The position numbers were made by a program, and so were the translations under genes. From assembly GCA_964556135.1 (NCBI GenBank), contig CAZKUY010000002.1:1-20047 (forward strand): a stretch of 20,047 bases of DNA. Reading direction: 5' to 3'. Source of the DNA: an uncultured Pseudomonadota bacterium (GTDB taxonomy: Bacteria; UBA10199; JADFYH01). Below, in pieces: positions 1 through 8,052 of this stretch (positions are counted from its first letter, which is position 1; every line of letters starts with the position of its first letter). A model generated the notes under the pieces. That model did not search any database and was not told where the DNA came from. It worked only from the letters and a program-made list of their open reading frames with translations.

Positions 1-1518
1 GCCGCTCGAGGAATTTGTCTTCCCGATGGTAGTTCAGAAGAGGTTTTAGCTTCTTACGCGCCTGCTGCAGTGCAGCAAGTTCAGCCCTCAGCACTCGCAT
101 CAGAAGTGGAAGGCATCAGCGATGAATCGAAGGGCATTTCATACGCGCGCCCTGTCGAAGTGAGTCGCCAACCCACTCATGTTTTTCATGCAAATCCAGT
201 TCTATCTCGTCAACAAAGAACAACGATCGCATTAGGCGATGCCCTGCAATTTTGGATTAATCAGCAAGAAGCTCAAGGAACTCCAGTAGATTCTCATTTA
301 TACGAACTCGCTGAAATTTTACACAGCGGACGTTTACCCGATATCCACGACGAAGCTTTTCAAATCTTAATCAATCAAAGTTTAAGTGACCCCGCGCTCG
401 ACGCGATCCTTCACTCCGTCGCTTTAGAAACGGATGTGGGACCCAACCGCGCACTCTATGCCCAAGCCTTACGTTATTCTCTGAATTATTATTTACATCA
501 AGATCCTGCAGCCAATGCGGATAGCGGAGTTCGTAGGAATCTTATTGTCGCGCTCGCTCACTCAACGCATTCTGATTCACGTGAAATTTTAGCTTTCTCA
601 GCGAATAATGCTCATCCAGAAACACGAACTCAAATCCAACTCGCTTTAACTCATGCGGCGCAAGCTGGAAGAGTCATTCTTTCAAGCGGTGGAGAAAACA
701 TCCCTGGATCTCATCCATTAGCGATTGCGCCATTCGCTTCTGCGAATCAAAGCGCTGAAAGATTAAGTTTCAGGTCTCTAGTCGCTGCTCTACCTCAAGC
801 TGCCAATCAAGTCTTTCATTGGGCCAGCGCTCACAGTGCAGAGATTTTTATAGGAAGCGCTGCCCTACCAGGAACTGCAGTTTTCACTCTTCCTCTCGTT
901 GCCGCCAGATTGTTAGCTCCCGTTCAACAACTCCTTGTGAATACTTACCAAGCTTACGCTCATGATGATTTATCTTCGGGTGGTCAAAGCTTCACCGCTC
1001 GTTCGGCAATGACGAATGAAAATGCTTTTGAAAGCTTACCGGGAGCGACAAATGATAGCGCGATCAATGCCAACCCTCTCATCCCCGATCACGCTTCAGA
1101 AAATATTGCTTTATTTGATTTTGCTCCTAGCCAATGGCAGGGGGACAGCACTTTACCCGCATTAAGACACTTAGGTTTTCCTCGCTTCGTGAGCCAACAA
1201 ATTTTGGACACTCTCCCTTCACCTTTTTTAATGGGATGCATCAGTCTTCAAGGCGGAGTTCAACAAGCCTTAGTCAATGCTAATGCCCAAGCTGCTGCCA
1301 CTTATGTCTTACCTCAAACCTATGGCCCTTCTTTCCGGGTCAATCCTATTTCAAACAGTGGAGCAGGAAGCTGGGAACAAGAAGGTTTTGGAGAAGGCTC
1401 TTCCTCGGAAGGCAACGCCCAAGATCAAGGTGGACAAGGCTCTCAACAGGAGGGTCAAGGTCATGACGAATCCCCCACTTTGGAACCTGCCGATATTTAT
1501 CTCAATCACCGTCTTTAA
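1..1518 (+). CDS. Hypothetical protein, 5'-partial, no recognised domain. Its C-terminal tail is acidic and rich in Gly, Gln and Ser (…SWEQEGFGEGSSSEGNAQDQGGQGSQQEGQGHDESPTLEPADIY…).
   Basis: The reading frame is open from window base 1, with no in-frame stop across 1..69. The ORF track begins at GTG 70, but there is no SD before it, so the gene most likely starts upstream of the window. It ends at TAA 1516..1518. I recognise no motif. Confidence 0.55.
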   Translation, partial: AARGICLPDGSSEEVLASYAPAAVQQVQPSALASEVEGISDESKGISYARPVEVSRQPTHVFHANPVLSRQQRTTIALGDALQFWINQQEAQGTPVDSHLYELAEILHSGRLPDIHDEAFQILINQSLSDPALDAILHSVALETDVGPNRALYAQALRYSLNYYLHQDPAANADSGVRRNLIVALAHSTHSDSREILAFSANNAHPETRTQIQLALTHAAQAGRVILSSGGENIPGSHPLAIAPFASANQSAERLSFRSLVAALPQAANQVFHWASAHSAEIFIGSAALPGTAVFTLPLVAARLLAPVQQLLVNTYQAYAHDDLSSGGQSFTARSAMTNENAFESLPGATNDSAINANPLIPDHASENIALFDFAPSQWQGDSTLPALRHLGFPRFVSQQILDTLPSPFLMGCISLQGGVQQALVNANAQAAATYVLPQTYGPSFRVNPISNSGAGSWEQEGFGEGSSSEGNAQDQGGQGSQQEGQGHDESPTLEPADIYLNHRL

Positions 1519-1560
1519 TTGAGGTCTTGAAGTTTAGCTTTTTAGTAGTTAAGTGAAGGC

Positions 1561-1872
1561 ATGCCTCCCTTTGAAAAACACATTTTCATTTGCACCAAAG
1601 AACGAAGCGCTGAAGATCCCACCGGTTGCTGCAAATTAAAGGATTCCGAAAAAATCGCTGCTTTTTTTAAAGAAGAAGTAAAAAAGCGTGGACTCAAAGG
1701 CAAAGTTCGAGCCAACCCCTCAGGTTGTCTGGATGCCTGTGCGAAAGGTCCTAGCGTCGTCGTTTACCCGGAGGCCATTTGGTATCAAGTCAGCAGCATA
1801 GAAGATGCTCGAGAAATCATGGATAAACATATCGAAAACAATGAAGTGGTGGAACGCTTGCGTTTTGCTTAA
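1561..1872 (+). CDS. Thioredoxin-like [2Fe-2S] ferredoxin (NuoE-like / COG3411 type small ferredoxin)
   Basis: 103 aa with four Cys arranged as CxxxxxxxxxxCC…GC-LDAC (FICTKERSAEDPTGCC … SGCLDACAKGPSVVVYPE). This is the typical pattern of Trx-like 2Fe-2S ferredoxins. A GAAGG SD sits 6 nt upstream of the ATG. Confidence 0.7.
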   Translation: MPPFEKHIFICTKERSAEDPTGCCKLKDSEKIAAFFKEEVKKRGLKGKVRANPSGCLDACAKGPSVVVYPEAIWYQVSSIEDAREIMDKHIENNEVVERLRFA

Positions 1873-1916
1873 AAAGCTTATAGCTCAAGATCCTCACACT
1901 AACGGGAGCCCGAAAA

Positions 1917-2503
1917 TGCTTAAACTTAGCGATAAAGCCAAAACCAAATTACAATTTTTTCTTCATGACCGAAATCTTGCCGAATGGGGCTTGAGAGTAC
2001 GTCCTCAGGGTTCTGCTGGATATCACTTTGCTTTAGAAAAAACAGACAGCGCTACGGCAGACGACACTACCATTGAATATGAAGGCTATAAAATCCTCAT
2101 CGACCAACAAACCGCTCATAAACTTCAAGAAGCAACTTTAGATTTCATGGATACCGCTTGGAGTAGTGGTTTTAAAATCCAAGAGGAAGAGAAGAAAACA
2201 GCCACCGTCACATCTTTACCGGTAAAACCCGACTTAAGTGATCCTCGCGCTCAAAAAATCATCGAATTATTGAATAAAGAAATTAACCCGGCTTTAGCGG
2301 GTCATGGCGGAAACGCAGAATTCATCGCGATCAAAGACAATATGGTCCATCTCAAATTGGGCGGAGGATGCCAAGGTTGTGCAAGCTCACAAGCCACGCT
2401 CAAGCATGGCATTGAGCTACGCATCAAAGAAGAAGTGCCTGAGATTCAAGGTATCGTCGATATGACGGACCATAATGCCGGCGATAATCCTTACTTCAGT
2501 TAA
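1917..2503 (+). CDS. nfuA: Fe/S biogenesis protein NfuA (degenerate A-type N-domain plus Nfu C-domain)
   Basis: The C-terminal half reads INPALAGHGGNAEFIAI…LKLGGGCQGCASSQATLKHGIE…EIQGIVDMTDH. It aligns motif-for-motif with E. coli NfuA (INPQLAGHGGRV…[20 protein letters not shown]…LKGVRDLTEH). A GGGAG SD precedes ATG 1917. The ORF-track start at 1805 lies inside the ferredoxin gene and is rejected. Confidence 0.85.
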
Positions 2504-2669
2504 TAATTGACGCAAATTCTTCACAAAGCTTTCCTTTTTTTGTGTTAAGGCCCTTGAAGAATTAAAAATCTTGGCACATACTAAAAGTGCGGCATCTTCT
2601 CTTGATGCTTGTCTTTGCGATGTGTTATGCATCCGAAGAATCATCATTAATCTGCATTAGGAGGTTTTC

Positions 2670-3368
2670 ATGTTACGCAAATTATCAAAGGGGCTTCTCG
2701 TTGCTGCCTCCCTCTCTCTCATTTTCACCTTTTCATCAAGCGATGCATTGGCGGCGAAAAAGAAAACAAAAAAAGCTAAAGAAGAATCCGGAAGTATTTG
2801 GGGCGTGGCTCCTCGTCAAAAGAAAATGTTGGGCTGGTCCTCAGACTATCCGACTGCATGGACTTACACTCGTGCTGATTTTTTCTTACGCGGTGTGGTG
2901 CTCGATTACAAAAAGATGCCTGATGGAAAAGAATATGAAATTCTCATTCTCCCCATTGAAGTCGTCAACAACCCTCAACATCACGTCAAATTAGAACATT
3001 ACAAAAATGGCATCACCGTCAATGCAACCTTAAGTGGTTCCATTGCAAAGAATTTGAAAAAAGGTGGAGTGATCGAATTCAATCAATGGTCCAAAGAAAT
3101 CCCAGGCCAAAAACAAGGTGCGGCCATGTTGGTGAACACTGAAAATCATCTCGACATTCAATGTTACGATACGCCTCCAGTCGCTTATTTGAATAAAACC
3201 GATCTACAACCTGAACAAATGATTAACGTCGTAAAGGGCATTATTACTTTCGGCGGAAATACGTCTCAAGATACTAGCTTAAAAAGCCAATTAGCCGCTT
3301 TGGCAAAGAGCAGTAATCCCGATGTTTCTACGGAAGCTAAGAAGATTTCTGTCCTCTTAGGTAAGTAA
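2670..3368 (+). CDS. Secreted or periplasmic hypothetical protein with an N-terminal signal peptide followed by a Lys-rich stretch
   Basis: AGGAGG SD at 2658..2663. The N-terminus MLRKLSKGLLVAASLSLIFTFSSSDALA is a classic signal peptide with an AxA cleavage site. It is followed by AKKKTKKAKEE. I recognise no family. Confidence 0.7.
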   Translation: MLRKLSKGLLVAASLSLIFTFSSSDALAAKKKTKKAKEESGSIWGVAPRQKKMLGWSSDYPTAWTYTRADFFLRGVVLDYKKMPDGKEYEILILPIEVVNNPQHHVKLEHYKNGITVNATLSGSIAKNLKKGGVIEFNQWSKEIPGQKQGAAMLVNTENHLDIQCYDTPPVAYLNKTDLQPEQMINVVKGIITFGGNTSQDTSLKSQLAALAKSSNPDVSTEAKKISVLLGK

Positions 3369-3388
3369 ATATAAATCAGAAAATTATA

Positions 3389-3422
3389 GCCCCCTTGAGC
3401 GCATACTCATGGGGGTTTTTTT
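3389..3422 (+). terminator. Rho-independent terminator after the secreted-protein gene
   Basis: A gCCCCCttGAG…CTCatGGGGG stem (3389..3415) followed by TTTTTTT (3416..3422). It lies 21 nt after the TAA stop. Confidence 0.65.
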
Positions 3423-3428
3423 ATGTCT

Positions 3429-3434
3429 TATAAT
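3429..3434 (+). promoter_or_regulatory. Candidate -10 box (TATAAT) for the thyA operon
   Basis: Perfect TATAAT at 3429..3434, 48 nt upstream of the thyA ATG and just after the terminator T-tract. No good -35 is visible at 17 bp spacing. Confidence 0.3.
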
Positions 3435-3482
3435 TTATGAGACAACTTGATTTTCTGATGAATCTCTGACTGAATCTAATTT

Positions 3483-4277
3483 ATGAAATCTTATCTCGAC
3501 CTTTTAAAATCTATTTTAGAAACGGGAGAAAAACGCGAAGACCGTACTGGCACTGGCACTTTAAGCGTGTTCGGCTATCAAATGCGCTTTGACCTGTCGC
3601 AAGGTTTTCCACTGGTCACTACGAAAAAATGCCATTTACGCTCCATCATTCATGAACTGCTTTGGTTTTTAAAAGGCGATACGAACACTGCTTATTTGAA
3701 GGAAAACAAAGTCAGTATTTGGGATGAATGGGCAGATGAAAAGGGAAATTTGGGTCCGGTTTACGGGCATCAATGGAGACATTGGGCCTCGGAAAATAAA
3801 GAAATCGATCAAATTTCTCAACTCATTGATCAAATCAAAAACAACCCAGCTTCTCGTCGCCATATTGTCAGCGCTTGGAATGTAGCAGATATCGAAAAGA
3901 TGGCGCTTCCGCCTTGTCATGCCCTCTTTCAATTTTATGTGCATGCCGATGGAAGGCTCTCCTGCCAACTTTATCAGCGTAGCGCAGATGTTTTTTTGGG
4001 AGTTCCTTTCAACATTGCAAGCTACGCTCTGCTCACCTTGATGGTTGCCCAAGTGACGCAGCTGAAACCCGGATTATTCATCCATACCTTAGGGGATGCT
4101 CACTTATATTTAAATCATATCGAACAGGCAAAATTGCAGCTTTCGCGCGAACCTAAAGCTTTGCCTGTTATGAAAATAAATCCAAAGGTTCAGTCTATAT
4201 TTGAATTCACTTATGAAGATTTTACATTGGAAGGCTATGACCCTCATCCGGCCATTGCTGCACCCATTGCCGTTTAG
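3483..4277 (+). CDS. thyA: Thymidylate synthase (ThyA, folate-dependent)
   Basis: 264 aa. N-terminus [38 protein letters not shown], and further on …[12 protein letters not shown]… containing the catalytic Cys. The match to ThyA is unmistakable. Confidence 0.95.
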   Translation: MKSYLDLLKSILETGEKREDRTGTGTLSVFGYQMRFDLSQGFPLVTTKKCHLRSIIHELLWFLKGDTNTAYLKENKVSIWDEWADEKGNLGPVYGHQWRHWASENKEIDQISQLIDQIKNNPASRRHIVSAWNVADIEKMALPPCHALFQFYVHADGRLSCQLYQRSADVFLGVPFNIASYALLTLMVAQVTQLKPGLFIHTLGDAHLYLNHIEQAKLQLSREPKALPVMKINPKVQSIFEFTYEDFTLEGYDPHPAIAAPIAV

Positions 4278-4286
4278 AAATTTCTT

Positions 4287-4784
4287 ATGATTCTTTCTTT
4301 AATTGCCGCCATGAGCAAAAATCGTGTGATTGGAAATCAGGGAACCATCCCCTGGCGTTTGCCCGAAGACATGGCGCATTTCAAAGAAAGCACGATGGGT
4401 CATGCGATTATTATGGGGCGAAAAACCTTTGATTCGATTGGCAAAGCACTACCGGGACGAAACAACATTGTCATCACTCGCAATCTTTCTTGGAAAAATG
4501 AAGGGGTGAGCGTTGTTAATTCTCTCCAAGAAGCCCTCACCCTTTGTCAGCATGAAAACGAGGCCTTCATTATAGGTGGCGCGGAAATTTATACTCAGGC
4601 TTATCCCCTCGTCGATCGATTGCTCTTCACTTTTATTGAAGAAAAATTTGATGGGGATGCATATTTTCCTAACTTTCCTTTCGAAAAAGATTTCCAAATT
4701 ACTTCAGAAAGCCGCATACTCGTTTCACCTAAAGAAAATCTTTCTTATCGCTTTGTGACGATGGAAAGAAGAAAACCAAAATGA
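4287..4784 (+). CDS. folA: Dihydrofolate reductase
   Basis: 165 aa. ILSLIAAMSKNRVIGNQGTIPWRLPEDMAHFKESTMGHAIIMGRKTFDSIG is the canonical DHFR N-terminus. It starts 9 nt after the thyA stop. Confidence 0.95.
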   Translation: MILSLIAAMSKNRVIGNQGTIPWRLPEDMAHFKESTMGHAIIMGRKTFDSIGKALPGRNNIVITRNLSWKNEGVSVVNSLQEALTLCQHENEAFIIGGAEIYTQAYPLVDRLLFTFIEEKFDGDAYFPNFPFEKDFQITSESRILVSPKENLSYRFVTMERRKPK

Positions 4785-4794
4785 AGGAGTTCTC

Positions 4795-5646
4795 ATGAAG
4801 GCCGTTAATTTTTTATTTTTCCTCATCCTGCTCGCCATCGGTGAAGTGGTCGCATTTTTCACTTATGCTTTTGTCCATCCAGCCTTAGGAATTTTAGCCG
4901 GCTTTGGCGCCTTCTTCTTCGCCTTGTTAATTTCGGTAGCCATTAAAATTGTCGATCAATGGGAGCAAATTGTCATTTTGCGCCTCGGTAAATTAATCGC
5001 CGTAAAAGGTGCGGGCGTAAGACTCGTTGTGCCGATTTTAGACCGCGCCATTTTTGTCGATAACCGCATTCTCACGATGGATATTCCCAAGCAACAAGTC
5101 ATCACCAAAGACAACGTGCCGGTTTCTATCAATGGGGTTGTTTATTTTCGAGTGGTGGATCCTGCTGAAGCGATCGTCAAGGTACAAAATTTTTCTTATG
5201 CGATGAATCAATATGCGCAAGCGACTTTACGAGACGTAGTGGGCGGCATGACCCTCGATCAACTTTTGGCCGAACGTGATAAAATCGGAAAAGAAATTGA
5301 AGAAGCTGTTGAAAAGGAAAGCGCAACTTGGGGTTTAGCAGTCAGCAATATCAAAATTCAAGACATCGACATGCCCGAAGAATTGAAAAAGATGATGAGT
5401 CGCCAAGCTTCTGCCGAACGCGAAAAAAGAGCCACCATCATTAAAGCGGAAGGTGACAAAGAGGCGGCTTTAAATCTCGCCGCAGCCGCAACTACCATGG
5501 CGACCAGCCCTGGAGCGATGCAACTACGCACCTTGCAAACCATTGATGGTCTTGGACCTACGGCCTCCAACACGGTGGTATTGGCAGTTCCTATAGAAAT
5601 CATGGAAGCAGCAAAAGCCATTACCAAAATGAAACCGGCCAATTAA
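4795..5646 (+). CDS. SPFH/band-7 (stomatin-like) membrane protein
   Basis: Two N-terminal TM helices followed by an SPFH core (QWEQIVILRLGKLIAVKGAGVRLVVPILD…VPVSINGVVYFRVVDP…AQATLRDVVGGMTLDQLL). A strong AAGGAG SD sits 5 nt upstream. Confidence 0.85.
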   Translation: MKAVNFLFFLILLAIGEVVAFFTYAFVHPALGILAGFGAFFFALLISVAIKIVDQWEQIVILRLGKLIAVKGAGVRLVVPILDRAIFVDNRILTMDIPKQQVITKDNVPVSINGVVYFRVVDPAEAIVKVQNFSYAMNQYAQATLRDVVGGMTLDQLLAERDKIGKEIEEAVEKESATWGLAVSNIKIQDIDMPEELKKMMSRQASAEREKRATIIKAEGDKEAALNLAAAATTMATSPGAMQLRTLQTIDGLGPTASNTVVLAVPIEIMEAAKAITKMKPAN

Positions 5647-5649
5647 TTG

Positions 5650-6273
5650 ATGAAAAAAACTTCTTTCATCCTCCAAGCGTCTTTTTCTATTTTGATTGCA
5701 GTGGCAGCTGTTTCAGCTCAGGCCGCAGAGGCTTTGATAAAAGTCAGTGGGCCCGCATTCGTCAATGATCTGCGCTACAACACCGAGCAAAACTTCCTGA
5801 AGAAAAATGTCTATAAGGATTTTGGTTTGAATGCTTGTTATGTCCAAAAAGACATGTATTCCGCATTGCAAAAACTCGAAAAGCTTTTAATCGAAAAAAA
5901 GTTGAAGTTGGTGTTTTGGGATTGTTGGCGACCTTTAAGCGTTCAACAAGCGATGTGGAAACTAGTGCCTGACAGTCGTTATGTCGCCAATCCAAAATCC
6001 GGTTCGAATCATAACCGAGGTATTGCAATCGATGTGACTCTGGCGAAAGAAGATGGAACACATCTCGAAATGACCACGCCTTTTGATGATTTCTCGCCCA
6101 AAGCGGCTCCGCAGGCAAGTTGTTCTGGAATCGATAAAATAAAATGTGAGAATCGCGATTTGCTCATTCAGCTGATGGCTCAAGTGGGTTTAAAACCTGT
6201 GCCTACTGAATGGTGGCATTATCAAGTGAGCTCGGGTGTGAAATATCCGATCATCTCCGATTTCCCCCAATAA
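5650..6273 (+). CDS. D-Ala-D-Ala dipeptidase-like zinc peptidase (VanX/DdpX family, M15D) with an N-terminal signal peptide
   Basis: Signal peptide (MKKTSFILQASFSILIAVAAVSAQA). VanX family motifs are present: DLRYNTEQNF, SNHNRGIAIDV (SxHxxGxAxD) and EWWHY. TTG 5647 or ATG 5650 directly follows the SPFH stop. Confidence 0.75.
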   Translation: MKKTSFILQASFSILIAVAAVSAQAAEALIKVSGPAFVNDLRYNTEQNFLKKNVYKDFGLNACYVQKDMYSALQKLEKLLIEKKLKLVFWDCWRPLSVQQAMWKLVPDSRYVANPKSGSNHNRGIAIDVTLAKEDGTHLEMTTPFDDFSPKAAPQASCSGIDKIKCENRDLLIQLMAQVGLKPVPTEWWHYQVSSGVKYPIISDFPQ

Positions 6274-6978
6274 TTAACGCAAGGCTACCCACTTATTGGC
6301 AATTTGAGTCGCCCAATGGCGTAAAGTCGGTAAAAATTTAGGTGTTTTTTCTAAAATAAGTTCTGGCGACAAACCTGCTTGGAGAATTTCTTCGCGTCCT
6401 CTTTCTATCCAATCTCGAATCATGGAATCGGTAAGTTCGCAGTGGAATTGCAATCCATAGACACGGTCTGTGTATTTAAAGGCTTGGTTGGGACATAATT
6501 CTGATTTTGCTAAATGGACTGAGCCACTCGGCAATTCAAAAGTTTCTCCATGCCATTGAAACATCATCAAGGGACCACTTAAACCACCCAAAAGGTTATC
6601 CTTGCTAGAAGAAAGCCCCAAATGCATGGGATACCAGCCAATTTCTTTTTGGGGAAGTTTGGTAATTTTTGATTTCAATGCTTTGGCAATAATTTGAGAC
6701 CCTAGACAAACTCCCAAAAGAGGAATTTTGAGCTCAATCGCTTGCGGCACCATGCTAATTTCATCGCGGATAAAATCCAACTTATCGCCATCATTCGCAC
6801 TCATGGAGCCCCCCATGATGACAATTCCATTCCATTCGCAAAGCTCTTCTTGTAAAGGTACTTTCTCGCCTTCAAATAATTTACGAGTGACGACTCTTCT
6901 ACCTTGCGCTTTAAAAAGAGGCTCCCAAGCGCCAATGCCTTCATGAGCTTCGTGTTGAAGTACGAGAATATTTTTCAT
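6274..6978 (-). CDS. Class I glutamine amidotransferase-like protein (stand-alone domain, GMP-synthase-type)
   Basis: N-terminus MKNILVLQHEAHEGIG. Catalytic Cys in LLGVCLGSQ and a His/Glu pair in LQFHCE. The stop TAA (complement 6274..6276) abuts the VanX-like stop. The alternative start at 6999 would add 7 aa. Confidence 0.75.
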   Translation of the reverse strand: MKNILVLQHEAHEGIGAWEPLFKAQGRRVVTRKLFEGEKVPLQEELCEWNGIVIMGGSMSANDGDKLDFIRDEISMVPQAIELKIPLLGVCLGSQIIAKALKSKITKLPQKEIGWYPMHLGLSSSKDNLLGGLSGPLMMFQWHGETFELPSGSVHLAKSELCPNQAFKYTDRVYGLQFHCELTDSMIRDWIERGREEILQAGLSPELILEKTPKFLPTLRHWATQIANKWVALR

Positions 6979-8052
6979 ATGTTGCACACCATGGATCATT
7001 ATTCGAAATTCATCTCTGCCTTACTCTCGTGGTATAGCAAACACAAGAGGGATCTTCCTTGGCGCAGAACACGGGATCCTTATCACATTTGGATTTCCGA
7101 AATTATGTTGCAGCAAACGCAGGTTGTGACTGTCATCGATTATTATCATCGTTTTTTATCTAAATTTCCGACGATTGAAAGCCTTGCTCTAGCTCCTTTA
7201 GAAGATGTTTTAGCCCAGTGGTCTGGACTTGGATATTACAGTCGCGCTCGAAACATCCAACGCGCAGCACAAAATATTGTAGAAAACCATCAAGGCAAGT
7301 TTCCCAAAGTTCCCCAAGAAATTTTAGCCTTACCTGGTATCGGTCGCTATACCCTGGGTGCCATCGGAAGCATTGCCTTTGAGTTAGCCCTGCCTTTAGT
7401 CGACGGTAACGTCATTCGAGTTTACTCCAGACTATTTGCAATGAAGGGTTCTCCTTCGGAGACTGCTTTTCAAAAAAAGATCTGGGCTTTGGCGGAAGAA
7501 ATAATTGGCTCCCCAAAGATTTCTTCTTATGGAGACTTTAACCAAGCACTCATGGAATTGGGTGCCACCGTTTGCACGCCGCAAAACCCCACTTGTTTGA
7601 TTTGTCCTCTGCAAAATAACTGCGAAGGTCGATCGTTGGGTCCGGAAAGTTACCCAGAAAAGAAAAAAGCAACTGAAGTACAAAAATTACATCGCCATGC
7701 AGCCGTGGTTCGATCCGACAATGAAGTATTACTCTGCATTTCTTCGAAACATCGTTGGATGAAGCATCTTTGGCAACTCCCCAGCTTATGGGTTCAAAAT
7801 GGAGAGGACTCGAACAGCCTCATGGAACATTTACGAAACTTAGGTATCCGCTCAGACAAAGTAAATGCTCTGAAGAACATCCAGCATCAAGTCACCCATC
7901 ATAAAATTCAAATCCAGCCTTTCTTAATAGAAGGCTCTAAACATAATCTCCCTTTTCAAGAAGGCGAACGATATGAGTGGCATTCTTTAAGCCAACTCGA
8001 CGAACTCGGTATCCCCGCCGCGGATAGAAAGATTTTAGCAGCCCTCTTATGA
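6979..8052 (+). CDS. mutY: A/G-specific adenine DNA glycosylase MutY
   Basis: SALLSWYSKHKRDLPWR…HIWISEIMLQQTQV… is the HhH-GPD fold. The 4Fe-4S motif CTPQNPTCLICPLQNNCEG is present, and the C-terminal domain is NUDIX-like. The start is either ATG 6979 or 6991. The track start at 6904 overlaps the GATase gene and is rejected. Confidence 0.9.
   Translation: MLHTMDHYSKFISALLSWYSKHKRDLPWRRTRDPYHIWISEIMLQQTQVVTVIDYYHRFLSKFPTIESLALAPLEDVLAQWSGLGYYSRARNIQRAAQNIVENHQGKFPKVPQEILALPGIGRYTLGAIGSIAFELALPLVDGNVIRVYSRLFAMKGSPSETAFQKKIWALAEEIIGSPKISSYGDFNQALMELGATVCTPQNPTCLICPLQNNCEGRSLGPESYPEKKKATEVQKLHRHAAVVRSDNEVLLCISSKHRWMKHLWQLPSLWVQNGEDSNSLMEHLRNLGIRSDKVNALKNIQHQVTHHKIQIQPFLIEGSKHNLPFQEGERYEWHSLSQLDELGIPAADRKILAALL

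Noticed and set aside
1805-1916. ORF-track start of the nfuA ORF at 1805 inside the ferredoxin gene
   Set aside because: The ATG at 1917 is preceded by a GGGAG SD and begins the conserved A-type-like N-terminus (MLKLSDKAK…). The extension overlaps the ferredoxin gene in another frame.
2571-2590. TGGCAC (sigma-54 -24-like element) in the spacer upstream of the secreted-protein gene
   Set aside because: The required TTGC -12 element is absent at the correct 4 to 5 nt spacing. It is probably chance.
3669-4052. Antisense or alternative-frame ORFs inside well-supported genes. Examples are 3669..4052(-), 5358..5642(-), 5762..6118(-), 7432..7683(-), 8478..8765(-), 9074..9460(-), 12321..12623(-), 16118..16378(-), 16639..16945(-), 17593..17850(-), 19035..19286(-) and 19814..20047(-). 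On the plus strand in other frames: 1277..1522, 2587..2994, 4576..4758, 11023..11223, 14550..14822, 16899..17090 and 17815..18066.
   Set aside because: All are embedded in or antisense to genes with clear homology-type motifs. None has an SD or a motif. They are typical random ORFs.
5997-6010. GGTTCGAATC, a tRNA T-loop-like decamer
   Set aside because: It lies inside the VanX-like coding sequence. The flanks cannot form a T-stem or the rest of a cloverleaf.
6904-6978. ORF-track N-terminal extension of mutY starting at 6904
   Set aside because: It would overlap 75 nt of the complementary GATase gene. The conserved MutY N-terminal region begins at the MLHTMDHY/MDHY Met at 6979 or 6991.
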